Shown in pieces: positions 38,801 through 47,869 of a stretch of 64,000 bases of DNA. Origin of the DNA: an uncultured Chloroflexia bacterium (GTDB lineage: Bacteria > Chloroflexota > Limnocylindria > Limnocylindrales > CSP1-4); NCBI GenBank assembly GCA_963713975.1, contig OY970218.1, forward strand, positions 1,856,001 to 1,920,000, read 5' to 3'. Numbering within the stretch: the first letter of the stretch is position 1; each line of letters starts with the position of its first letter. The translations under genes were made by a program, and so were the position numbers. The notes beneath the pieces were generated by a model, which saw only the letters and a list, made by a program, of their open reading frames with translations, was not told where the DNA came from and searched no databases.

Positions 38801-40246
38801 ATGGCCTCGCACCCCGGTCCCGCCCCGCACCCGATCTACCTCGCAGGCAGGTGGGTGGAGTCGCCCGATGTCCTCGCCGTCCTCAACCCGGCGCGCCCCG
38901 ACGAGCCGGCGGGCGCCACCTACCTGGCGACGCCCGAGCAGTACGAGGAGGCGGTACAGGCGGCCGTCCGCGCGTTTGCGGTCACGCGCAAGCTCCCGGC
39001 CTTCGAGCGCGGCCGCATCCTGCGTGAGGTCAGCGCGGGGATCGCGGCCCGCCGAGCGGAGCTGGGCTCGCTCATCGCCGCCGAGGCCGGCAAGCCGATC
39101 CGAGATTCCCTCGTCGAGGTGGACCGCGCGGTCCTCACCTTCCGGCTCGCCGCAGAGGAGGCGGAGCGGATGCACGGCGAGACGATCCCCCTGGACCTCA
39201 TGCCGGCATCCAGGGACCGGTTCGGCATCACCCGCCGCTTCCCGATCGGTCCGGTCGCGGCGATCAGCCCGTTCAACTTCCCGCTCAACCTCGCCGCGCA
39301 CAAGGTGGCCCCGGCCATCGCGTCGGGCAACCCGATCATCCTCAAGCCCCCGTCCGCGGATCCGCTGATCATGCTCGCCGTGGCCGAGATCATCCATGCC
39401 GCCGGCGTGCCCGAGGGGGCGGTCAGCGTCCTGCCGATGAGCCGGGAGTTGGGCAACCGGATGGTCGAGGACGACCGGTTCAAGCTCCTGACCTTCACCG
39501 GCAGCCCCGCCGTGGGGTGGGGGATGAAGCTGCGGGCCGGCAAGAAGCGGGTCGTGCTGGAGCTCGGCGGCAACGCTGGCGTCATCGTCGACAAGTCGGC
39601 GGACATCGACTGGGCGGTGCGGCGCTCGGTCATCGGCGCCTTTGCCTACAGCGGCCAGGTCTGCATCAGCGTCCAGCGCATGTTCGTCCACGAGGACGTG
39701 TGGGACGAGTTCATGCCCAGGTTCGTCGAGGCGGCCGCGGCGCTCAAGGTGGGTGACCCCGCGGATCCGAGCACGGATGTCGGCCCCATGGTGGACGAGG
39801 CCAATGCCCTGCGGACCCAGTCCTGGGTGGACGAGGCGAAGGAGCTCGGTGGCACCGTCCTGCTCGGCGGCACGGCCTCGGGCAACTTCTTCGCGCCCAC
39901 GATCCTCACGGACGTCCCACTGCATGCCAAGGTCTGCTCCGGCGAGGCCTTCGCACCGCTGGTCGTCGCGTTCAAGGTCCGCGACCTTGCCGAGGCAATC
40001 GAGGAGGTCAACGACAGCGCCTTCGGCCTGCAGACCGGCGTCTTCACCAACGACCTCGCCGGCGCCTGGGCGAGCTTCAACGAGCTCGAGGTGGGGGGCG
40101 TGATCCTCAACGACGTCCCGACCTACCGGATCGACCACATGCCCTATGGCGGGGTCAAGGACTCGGGATTGGGGCGCGAGGGCCTGCGCTGGGCGATGGA
40201 GGACATGACGGAGCTCCGGATCATGGTGCTCGCCTGGCCCCAGTAG
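38801..40246 (+). CDS. Aldehyde dehydrogenase
   Basis: ISPFNFP, FTGS, LELGGN, GQVCIS, EAFAP, PYGGVKDSG. Confidence 0.95.
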   Translation: MASHPGPAPHPIYLAGRWVESPDVLAVLNPARPDEPAGATYLATPEQYEEAVQAAVRAFAVTRKLPAFERGRILREVSAGIAARRAELGSLIAAEAGKPIRDSLVEVDRAVLTFRLAAEEAERMHGETIPLDLMPASRDRFGITRRFPIGPVAAISPFNFPLNLAAHKVAPAIASGNPIILKPPSADPLIMLAVAEIIHAAGVPEGAVSVLPMSRELGNRMVEDDRFKLLTFTGSPAVGWGMKLRAGKKRVVLELGGNAGVIVDKSADIDWAVRRSVIGAFAYSGQVCISVQRMFVHEDVWDEFMPRFVEAAAALKVGDPADPSTDVGPMVDEANALRTQSWVDEAKELGGTVLLGGTASGNFFAPTILTDVPLHAKVCSGEAFAPLVVAFKVRDLAEAIEEVNDSAFGLQTGVFTNDLAGAWASFNELEVGGVILNDVPTYRIDHMPYGGVKDSGLGREGLRWAMEDMTELRIMVLAWPQ

Positions 40247-40383
40247 ACGACCGCCGCGGCGCCGCGCGGGATATCGCCGGGTCGCCGCGCGGGGCATCGC
40301 CGTCGCCGCGATCCGGGTGTCGCTGTCCCGGGCACCGCGACTCCGGGTCCCGTGACGCTCCCGCGTCCGCGAGACTGCGCGCC

Positions 40384-41556
40384 ATGGACCTCACCCTGAC
40401 CCCTGCCCAGGCAGACCTGCGCGCCCGTGCCCGCACCTACGTCGTGGATCACCTCCAGCCGCTCGAGGCGGAGTTCGAGCGGGCGCACGGCCTCCCGGAC
40501 ACGACCATCGCGGACCTCAAGCGGGTGGCGATCGAGCTTCGCCTGCAGGGCGGCAGCCTGCCCCGGGCCGTCGGCGGTCAGGGCTGGTCCTCGCTCGAGC
40601 AGATTCTGGTCCACGAGCAGCTGGGCCAGGCGACGGGCGGCCTGTGGTCGTACATCCCCGGCGCCTACAACGCGCTCATGTACTGCTCGCCCGAGCAGCG
40701 GGCCCGCTACCTGGATCCGTGCCTGCGCGGCGAGCGCAGCGGTTCCTACGCCATCACGGAGGCCGGCCAGGGCTCGGACGCGAGGACGCTGGACGCCACG
40801 GCAGTCCTGGATCCGGCCACCGGCGAGTACGTCCTCAACGGCGAGAAGTGGTTCGTGACCGGACCATCGGACACGGACTTCATGATCTTCCACTGCCACC
40901 TGCTCGAGGGCGAGGAGCGCAGGCCCACGCTGTTCCTCGTGGACTACGACACGCCCGGCGTGGTCATGAGCCACGACCCGGACTACACCCACACCTTCGC
41001 GGACCGCCACCCGCAGTTCATCCTGACCGACGTCCGCGTCCGGCCGGCCGCGATCCTGGGTGGCATCGGCGAGGCGGACGAGATGACCAACGAGTGGTTC
41101 ATCGAGGAGCGGCTGCACATCGGGGCTCGCTGCACCGGGGCGATGGAGCGGCTGCTCACCCTCGCGGTCGCGTGGGCGACCGGCAGGATCCAGTTCGGCG
41201 AGCGGATCTACGACTTCCAGGGGGTCAGCTTCCCGCTCGCCGATTCGGCCGCCGACGCATCCGCTGCCCGCCTGCTCACCCGTGAGGCGGCGACGCTGCT
41301 CGACGCGGGTGCCAGCCCCAAGGTCGTCCACGCCAAGGCCTCGGTCGCGAAGCTGTTCGCGTCGGAGGCCGCGTACCGCTGCGCAGACCGCGTGGTCCAG
41401 GTGTTCGGCGGCCGCGGCTACATGCGCGAGTACCCGGCCGAGCGATACCTGCGCGAGCTGCGCGTGGACCGCCTGTGGGAGGGGACCAGCGAGATCCAGC
41501 GGATGGTCATCGCCCGTGCGCTCGAGAAGCGCGGCGTCGACGCCGTGGTCGGCTGA
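40384..41556 (+). CDS. Acyl-CoA dehydrogenase
   Basis: YAITEAGQGSD, LNGEKWFVT, RIQFG, QVFGGRGY, WEGTSEIQR. Confidence 0.95.
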   Translation: MDLTLTPAQADLRARARTYVVDHLQPLEAEFERAHGLPDTTIADLKRVAIELRLQGGSLPRAVGGQGWSSLEQILVHEQLGQATGGLWSYIPGAYNALMYCSPEQRARYLDPCLRGERSGSYAITEAGQGSDARTLDATAVLDPATGEYVLNGEKWFVTGPSDTDFMIFHCHLLEGEERRPTLFLVDYDTPGVVMSHDPDYTHTFADRHPQFILTDVRVRPAAILGGIGEADEMTNEWFIEERLHIGARCTGAMERLLTLAVAWATGRIQFGERIYDFQGVSFPLADSAADASAARLLTREAATLLDAGASPKVVHAKASVAKLFASEAAYRCADRVVQVFGGRGYMREYPAERYLRELRVDRLWEGTSEIQRMVIARALEKRGVDAVVG

Positions 41557-41576
41557 CCGGCCACCAACGCGTCCCC

Positions 41577-43802
41577 ATGTCCAGTCCCGAGCCCCTGCCG
41601 GCCGGCGCGCCCGCCATCGACCTCCGGCCTCTGTTCGCCCCGCGGTCCATCGCCGTCATCGGCGCCAGCCCCCGTGGCTGGGTGGGCTCCACGCTGCGCG
41701 ACAACCTCCGCGTGATGGGCAGCGAGACCCGCTGCCACTTCGTCAACCCCAAGTACACCGAGATCGGCGGCTCGCCCTGCTGGCCGTCCCTGGAGGCGTT
41801 GCCGGAGCGGCCGGACACGGTGGTCCTGGCGGTCAACCCGCTGAGGGCCGCACGCTTTGCACAAGAGGCCGCCGACGCAGGCGTGCCGTCGCTGGTCATC
41901 CCCGGCGGTGGCGTCGTGGAGGGCGGCGAGGCCGCGGCCGAGATGCAGCGGTCCGTCCGGGACATCGCGATCCGCCACGGGATCGCGCTCCTTGGACCCA
42001 ACTGCATGGGCATGGTGGACTGGACCACCAACAGCACCAACTACATCGGTGACGTCAACCCCTGGCTGCCGCGGGGGCACGTCGCCGGGCTGGCGCAGTC
42101 GGGGAGCGTGACCGATGCGTTCCTCCATTCACCCGGGACGCGCATCGGGTACAGCCGGATCGTGTCCATCGGCGCCGAGGTGGTGCTGGACCTGTGCGAC
42201 TACCTCTCCTACTGCCTCGACGACCCCGAGACCCACGCCGTCATGCTGTTCGTTGAGGGGTTCAAGCGGCCCGAGCGGTTCCTGGCCCTGGCGGACCGGG
42301 CGCTGGCGATGGGCAAGCCGATCCTCGCGGTCAAGGTGGGCCGCTCGCCGCAGGCGCAGGAGGCCGCCGTGGCCCACAGCGGGAGCCTGGCCGGCGAGGA
42401 CCGCGTGACCGATGCCGCGCTCGAGGCGACGGGCGTCATCCGCTGCGGGGACCTGGACGAGCTGCTGGAGCAGGCCGAGCTCATCGCGGGGACCGGCCGC
42501 CTGCATCGGGGCGTGGGTCTGGGCCGGACGGGCGTGGTCACGGTGTCGACGGGCGAGGCCTCGCTGGTGGCGGACCTTGCAGACCGGACGGGCCTGCTCC
42601 TGCCGCCCGTCCCGGATGCCGCGCGCGAGGCGATCCTCGCGGGCCTGCCCACCATGGGCTACATCGGCAACCCGCTGGATCCCTGGGGCGCCGACGACGA
42701 GCGCCATGGCTACAAGGTGGCATTCGATGCCCTCGCCGCCTCGGGCGCCTACGACGTCCTGGTGGTCGTTCACGACACCCCCTTCCGTGACCTGCCCGGC
42801 GAGGTGGAGGTCGCACGGACCGTGAGCACGGCGCTGATCGATGCCACCGCCGACCGGGCTGACCTGCTGCCGGTGTACGTGTCCCTCACCGCGGGCGACG
42901 TCAGCGAGCAGGTCAAGGCCACGCTCGACGCCGCGGGCGGCATGCCGATGCTGCGCGGGGCCGTGGAGTCCTTCCTGGCGATCGCGCGCCTGGCCCGGTG
43001 GGAGGGCGTGCGACGTGACCGCCTGGTCGCGGGGCCTCGCCGGGCGGGCTGGCCGGCGCTTGCGGCCGACCACGTGCCGTGGGGCGCGGACGGGACGCCG
43101 GATCCACTCGCACGAGAGGCCGCAGGCAGGCCCCGGCGGCATGCCCTGTCAGAGCGCGAGAGCCTGGATCGCCTGGCCGCTATCGGCCTGCCGGTGACGC
43201 CGTGGCGCTGGTCGGCGCATGCCGACGGTGTCGTCGATGCCTGGCGGGAGCTCGGCGGTGGACCGGTTGCGATCAAGCTGGACGCGGAGGGCGTGGCCCA
43301 CAAGACGGACGTGGGTGGCGTCATCCTGGGCCTGGCCGACGAGGCGGCCGTCCGCGCTGCCGTGGCGGACCTCGGAGCGGCCGCCGACCGGGCCGGCGCG
43401 CGACGGCGCGGGTACCTCGTGGAACCGATGGCGCCGGCCGGCGTGGAGGTGATCGTCGGCGGGCGCCGGGACGCCGTCTTCGGACCCGCCGTCCTGGTGG
43501 GCCTCGGCGGGATCCTGGCCGAGGTCCTCGACGACGTCGCCGTGATGCTGGCACCGGTGGGGGAGGCGGAGGTCCGGCGCCGTCTCGAGGGGCTGCGAGG
43601 CGGCGCCATCCTCCGCGGTGTGCGCGGACGACCAGAGGTGGACCTGGACGCCCTTGCCGGGCTGGTGGGTGCCGTGGCGAGGGCCCTCGCGGAGGACGAC
43701 TCGATCGTCGAGATCGATCTCAACCCGGTGATCGCCTCGCCCGCGGGCGCGGTGGTCGTCGATGCGCTGGTCGTTGTCGAGGCGCCCTCGCAGCGCCGTT
43801 GA
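41577..43802 (+). CDS. ADP-forming acyl-CoA synthetase (fused CoA-binding, ligase and ATP-grasp domains)
   Basis: PRSIAVIGAS, LGPNCMG, QSG, AHSGSLAG (phospho-His), NPLD, HKTDVGGV, EIDLNP. Confidence 0.92.
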   Translation: MSSPEPLPAGAPAIDLRPLFAPRSIAVIGASPRGWVGSTLRDNLRVMGSETRCHFVNPKYTEIGGSPCWPSLEALPERPDTVVLAVNPLRAARFAQEAADAGVPSLVIPGGGVVEGGEAAAEMQRSVRDIAIRHGIALLGPNCMGMVDWTTNSTNYIGDVNPWLPRGHVAGLAQSGSVTDAFLHSPGTRIGYSRIVSIGAEVVLDLCDYLSYCLDDPETHAVMLFVEGFKRPERFLALADRALAMGKPILAVKVGRSPQAQEAAVAHSGSLAGEDRVTDAALEATGVIRCGDLDELLEQAELIAGTGRLHRGVGLGRTGVVTVSTGEASLVADLADRTGLLLPPVPDAAREAILAGLPTMGYIGNPLDPWGADDERHGYKVAFDALAASGAYDVLVVVHDTPFRDLPGEVEVARTVSTALIDATADRADLLPVYVSLTAGDVSEQVKATLDAAGGMPMLRGAVESFLAIARLARWEGVRRDRLVAGPRRAGWPALAADHVPWGADGTPDPLAREAAGRPRRHALSERESLDRLAAIGLPVTPWRWSAHADGVVDAWRELGGGPVAIKLDAEGVAHKTDVGGVILGLADEAAVRAAVADLGAAADRAGARRRGYLVEPMAPAGVEVIVGGRRDAVFGPAVLVGLGGILAEVLDDVAVMLAPVGEAEVRRRLEGLRGGAILRGVRGRPEVDLDALAGLVGAVARALAEDDSIVEIDLNPVIASPAGAVVVDALVVVEAPSQRR

Positions 43803-43866
43803 GTATCGTATGGACTGCGGGCACGAGCAGCGTCGCGCGGGGGCACGCCCGGCCCCGAGGAGGTCC

Positions 43867-45639
43867 GTGGAACGATCGGCAGTGGAGGTCACGGTCACCA
43901 GGGGTGACGCCGCCCTCGCCCGCCTGGGCAGCTCGGAGCTCCGGGTGGACTGGGGGCGGCTCCACGCTACCTGCCCGTGGTCCACGTCCTTCCAGTCGGC
44001 GGCCTTCGTCGAGTGCTGGTACCGGCTCCACGATCACCTCTACGAGCCCGTGGTCGTCGAGGGCCGAGACCCGACGGGACGCCTGGTGGGCCTACTGACG
44101 CTTGCCCGCCGCCGTTCGGGGCAACACCTGGTTGGCGCCGGGGACATCCACGCGGAGTACCAGGGCTGGATCGCCGAGCCGGCGGCCTCGGAGACGTTCG
44201 TGCGGTCGGCGCTGACGGCGCTCGAGCGTGCATTCCCGCGCGGACGCCTGCGGTTCAACTACCTCGCTCCCGGTACCCCGGTGGACTGGATCGGACGGGA
44301 CAACGCGGTCCCGAGGCGCATCCACGTCGTGACGCGCCAGCGCGGGCTGATCGACCTGTCGGACGGCTCCGACATCGAGGCTTCGCTGCGCAAAGGGCAC
44401 AACCGCAGCCGCCTCAACCACCTCCGGAGGTCCGGCGAGGTCGTCCTCGAGACCATCGACACGCCCGACGCCCTGAACGCGGTGATCGACGAGATCGCGG
44501 TCCTGTGCGATCTGCGCCAGGGTGCCGTCAACAACTCCCTCCCGTTTACCAGCAACCCGCTCAAGCGTCCGCTCCACCTCGCGCTGATGGAGCAGGGGTT
44601 GCTGCTGGTGACGGTTCTCCGCGTCGGAGGCGCGATCGCGTCGGCGCATCTCGACATGCGCAACGGGGACGAGGTCCTGGTCTACCTGATCGCGCACGCG
44701 CCGAGGTTCGCGCGGGACTCGCCGGGGAGCCTCCACATCCTGATGCTGGCGCGCGACCTCGCGCAGCACGGGGTGACGCGCTACGACCTCTCGCCCGGCA
44801 CCGGCTACAAGGACCGCTATGCGACGGAGCGCCAGCCGATCCATCGCCTGATCGTCCGGTTCGGGATGGGTGGCCGGGTTGCGGGCGACATCTCGGCACG
44901 CGCCGTGTCGATTGCCACGAAGGCTCTTGCCGCGACCGGGCGGACTCCCGTCGCGGCCCGGAACGATGCCCTGGCCGCGCGTGCCCGCATCCGGCAAGCG
45001 CTCGTCCCCGGGTCGCGCCCGAAGCCTGCCGATGACAAGGCGCTGATCCTGCGTGTTCCAGGTGCAGCCGGCGGGGCTCCCGTGGACCAGCTTGCCCTCG
45101 ACCGTCTCGGCGACCTCCTGGCCTACGACGAGTCGCGTTCCGGCGGCGTCGATCGCCAGGCGTTCCTGCAGCTTGCCCTCCTGCGGCTCGAGCTCGGCCA
45201 CCGGGCCCTGACGCGGACCCGGGACGGATGTCTCATCGAGTGCTGGTGGGCTCGTTCCCTCGCCGTCGGCGCTGCCGCTCCTGGTCGCAGGAATCCATCG
45301 TCGCCGCCACCGGGTGCGCTGCTGCTGTATGACCCGCTGGGTGTGGATGCGGACGGGACGGATGCGGCGGCCGGGGTGATGGGCCGCGTGGAGCTGGCCG
45401 CCCAGTTGATCGCGCCCGGGGCCACCACCTACGTCGCCCTACCGGCGCGCCATCAGGCACTTGGTCGTGCCCTTGGCACGGCAGGGGCCGTCGTCGTCGG
45501 CGAGGTCGCCCCAGCGTCCGATGACGGCTCGCCGGACGTGACGCCTGCCGAAGGGGCGCAACCGGTCACCGCCACGCTGCTCGAGGAGATCTCGGCGGTC
45601 CTGAGCGCCGCCGCGCACGGGAGTCGTCGCTCGGGATGA
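43867..45639 (+). CDS. CelD/BcsL-like GNAT acetyltransferase with C-terminal extension
   Basis: FQSAAFVECWY, LVGLLTL, AEYQGW, SPGSL, YDLSPG..YKDRYAT; GAGGAGG RBS before GTG. Confidence 0.75.
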   Translation: MERSAVEVTVTRGDAALARLGSSELRVDWGRLHATCPWSTSFQSAAFVECWYRLHDHLYEPVVVEGRDPTGRLVGLLTLARRRSGQHLVGAGDIHAEYQGWIAEPAASETFVRSALTALERAFPRGRLRFNYLAPGTPVDWIGRDNAVPRRIHVVTRQRGLIDLSDGSDIEASLRKGHNRSRLNHLRRSGEVVLETIDTPDALNAVIDEIAVLCDLRQGAVNNSLPFTSNPLKRPLHLALMEQGLLLVTVLRVGGAIASAHLDMRNGDEVLVYLIAHAPRFARDSPGSLHILMLARDLAQHGVTRYDLSPGTGYKDRYATERQPIHRLIVRFGMGGRVAGDISARAVSIATKALAATGRTPVAARNDALAARARIRQALVPGSRPKPADDKALILRVPGAAGGAPVDQLALDRLGDLLAYDESRSGGVDRQAFLQLALLRLELGHRALTRTRDGCLIECWWARSLAVGAAAPGRRNPSSPPPGALLLYDPLGVDADGTDAAAGVMGRVELAAQLIAPGATTYVALPARHQALGRALGTAGAVVVGEVAPASDDGSPDVTPAEGAQPVTATLLEEISAVLSAAAHGSRRSG

Positions 45640-45715
45640 CGTCTTCGGCATCCGTGCCGCCACGGCCGCTGCGGGTCGCTATCGGGGCCCGCGCTGCGTC
45701 TTCGGTGACGGACCC

Positions 45716-46552
45716 CTACCAGCCACGCATCTTGAACAGGACCGTGGGGATGGTCAGCGCCATGACCTTGACGTCGAGCCACAGGCTCTGGCGCTGGATG
45801 TAGCGCAGGTCCCAGGCCACCTTCGCCCGCACGTCCTCCAGGCTGGCGTCATAGGACTGGTTGATCTGCGCGAGCCCCGTGATGCCGGGCTTCACTCGAT
45901 GCCGGAACTGGTACTCCGGAATGTCCTGGCGGAGCTCGGCCACGATGGTCGGACGCTCTGGACGCGGGCCGACGATGTTCATGTCGCCGCGAATGACGTT
46001 CCACAGCTGGGGGATCTCGTCAAGGCGGTACTTGCGCAGGAACCTTCCCACGCGGGTGACGCGCGGATCAGCCTGGCTGGCCCAGACCGCGCCGGTCTCA
46101 CGTTCGGCGTTCTCGCGCATCGTCCGGAGCTTGTAGATGGTGAACGCGCGGCCACCGAGGTCCTCGCGCCGGGCTTCGTGCACCGCCCGCAGGCTGCGCC
46201 ACCGTCGATCGAGCCCCACCCGCACCTGTGTGTGCAGGATCGAGCCAGGTGAGTCGAGCCTGATCAGCACCGCGATGACGATGAGCAGCGGGAGCGTCAG
46301 AACCAGCCCCAGGACCGCGAACGCGATGTTGATCGCGCGGCTGAGCCACTCGGCCCGATCCCGGGGGGCGACAGCAGCCGGCGCATCCGCAGCAAGGGGT
46401 TGGGGCAGCTTGACCAGCCGCCCGTCGATGTAGTGTGCGCCACGGTCCTCGAGCCCGTGGCCGGTCCGACTGTCGGCCTCGAGGCGGATGACTGCCGCCA
46501 TCATTGAGTCCTGACGCGCCGTGCCGCGGTCGTGGTCAACTAAGGTCGACAT
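45716..46552 (-). CDS. Priming phosphoglycosyltransferase (bacterial sugar transferase)
   Basis: IYKLRTM, DPRVTRVGRFLRKYRLDEIPQLWNV, GDMNIVGPRPE, KPGITGLAQ; start uncertain. Confidence 0.93.
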   Translation of the reverse strand: MSTLVDHDRGTARQDSMMAAVIRLEADSRTGHGLEDRGAHYIDGRLVKLPQPLAADAPAAVAPRDRAEWLSRAINIAFAVLGLVLTLPLLIVIAVLIRLDSPGSILHTQVRVGLDRRWRSLRAVHEARREDLGGRAFTIYKLRTMRENAERETGAVWASQADPRVTRVGRFLRKYRLDEIPQLWNVIRGDMNIVGPRPERPTIVAELRQDIPEYQFRHRVKPGITGLAQINQSYDASLEDVRAKVAWDLRYIQRQSLWLDVKVMALTIPTVLFKMRGW

Positions 46553-46795
46553 CCAATAACGGACCCCCGATTCCCCGATTTCCCCGAACGCCCGTCGCCC
46601 ATACGAGCATGACGGTCGATAATTGCTCCCCGTTGCCGGGGGATACAACCATAGTCCGATTGGGGGGGTCTGACTAGTACCAGCGGGGTAAGAATGCGGT
46701 TATCTGTTGCCCCCGGGCAACGCGCGCCCGGCGTCCGGGGGACGCCTCCGAGAGCCCTAATCGCAGCTCGCCTGGCCTGCCAATTCGGGCGCCGG

Positions 46796-47869
46796 CTACC
46801 GCCTGCCGATCCGGATGTTGTCGCTGAAGACGACGTCGCCGGAGTCGAAGAAGTCTGCCGTCGTCTGGGTGTCGGAGACGTTGCCCCGCACGATCAGCCG
46901 GCCCGTGTTGTAGATGCCCATGTCGAGCTCATCGCCGGTCAGGTCCTCGATCACCAGCGACGGCTTCGTGGCGGTCGAGTAGCCGGCGGCAGCCACCGCA
47001 TAGCCGTGAAGCCCGAAGACATCGAGCCCTTCCGCCCGCCGGATGTCGACGCCCCTCACGATGCCCTGGATGCTCATGGCGCCTTCGTCGTTGTTGGGCT
47101 CGAAATCGACCGCGTGGAGCCCGCTGTCGTGGATCCTGCCACCAAGGATGGTCACCTCCCCCGCCACGGGCGCGATCCCGTTGCGTGAGGAGCGAACCAG
47201 GTCCGGGTTGTTGATCACCACCCCGGTCGCCGGCACGTTCTTGCCCTCGACGAAGCCGACGTAGATCCCGTCGCCGCGGACATCACGCGTGACGGGGTTG
47301 TTGATGACGATCCCCGAGCCCCCATCGATCTCGATCCCGTGCTCCCACTGGTCCGGATTGTCGTCGCCGCCGTTCCACTCGTACCCGGTGCCCGTGACGG
47401 ACGGGTCGTTGAGGACGATGTCGGAGCCCGAGTTGATGACAAGGATCCCGTACGCGCCGCGGAGGGCACCCGTCAACCGGGACCCGCGGAAATCGACGGT
47501 CAGGTCCGTGGCCTTGAACTTGACGTGCGTGACCTTGTACACCCCGTCGATTGCGAGCGCGACGTGCTGGCCGTCGTGGGACCCGAGGAACGCCGCGAGC
47601 TCCTTGGAGACGTCCGTCGCGCCCGTCGGGTCACCGGCGAACACGGCGTCGTACCCGCCGTCCGCTGGTGCGCTGGCAGGCGGTTGCAGGGTCGCCGCCC
47701 CGGGCGCCGGGCTCGAGGGCTGCGCGGGCGCGGCGGCGGGTCCGGCCATGCCAAGACCCATGCCGACAAGGGCGAGACCGGCGACGATCCCGACCCCGAA
47801 CACGACCTTGCGCACGGTCAGTCGGTCACGCCACGACGGGCGCTCCCCCGGGGTCCCGAGCTGGTTCAT
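46796..47869 (-). CDS. Membrane-anchored or secreted right-handed beta-helix (pectin-lyase-like) protein
   Basis: N-terminal TM plus Pro/Ala linker; GDPTGATD, QWEHGI, GDGIY, RNGI, DFEPN; TGATG coupling. Confidence 0.75.
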   Translation of the reverse strand: MNQLGTPGERPSWRDRLTVRKVVFGVGIVAGLALVGMGLGMAGPAAAPAQPSSPAPGAATLQPPASAPADGGYDAVFAGDPTGATDVSKELAAFLGSHDGQHVALAIDGVYKVTHVKFKATDLTVDFRGSRLTGALRGAYGILVINSGSDIVLNDPSVTGTGYEWNGGDDNPDQWEHGIEIDGGSGIVINNPVTRDVRGDGIYVGFVEGKNVPATGVVINNPDLVRSSRNGIAPVAGEVTILGGRIHDSGLHAVDFEPNNDEGAMSIQGIVRGVDIRRAEGLDVFGLHGYAVAAAGYSTATKPSLVIEDLTGDELDMGIYNTGRLIVRGNVSDTQTTADFFDSGDVVFSDNIRIGRR

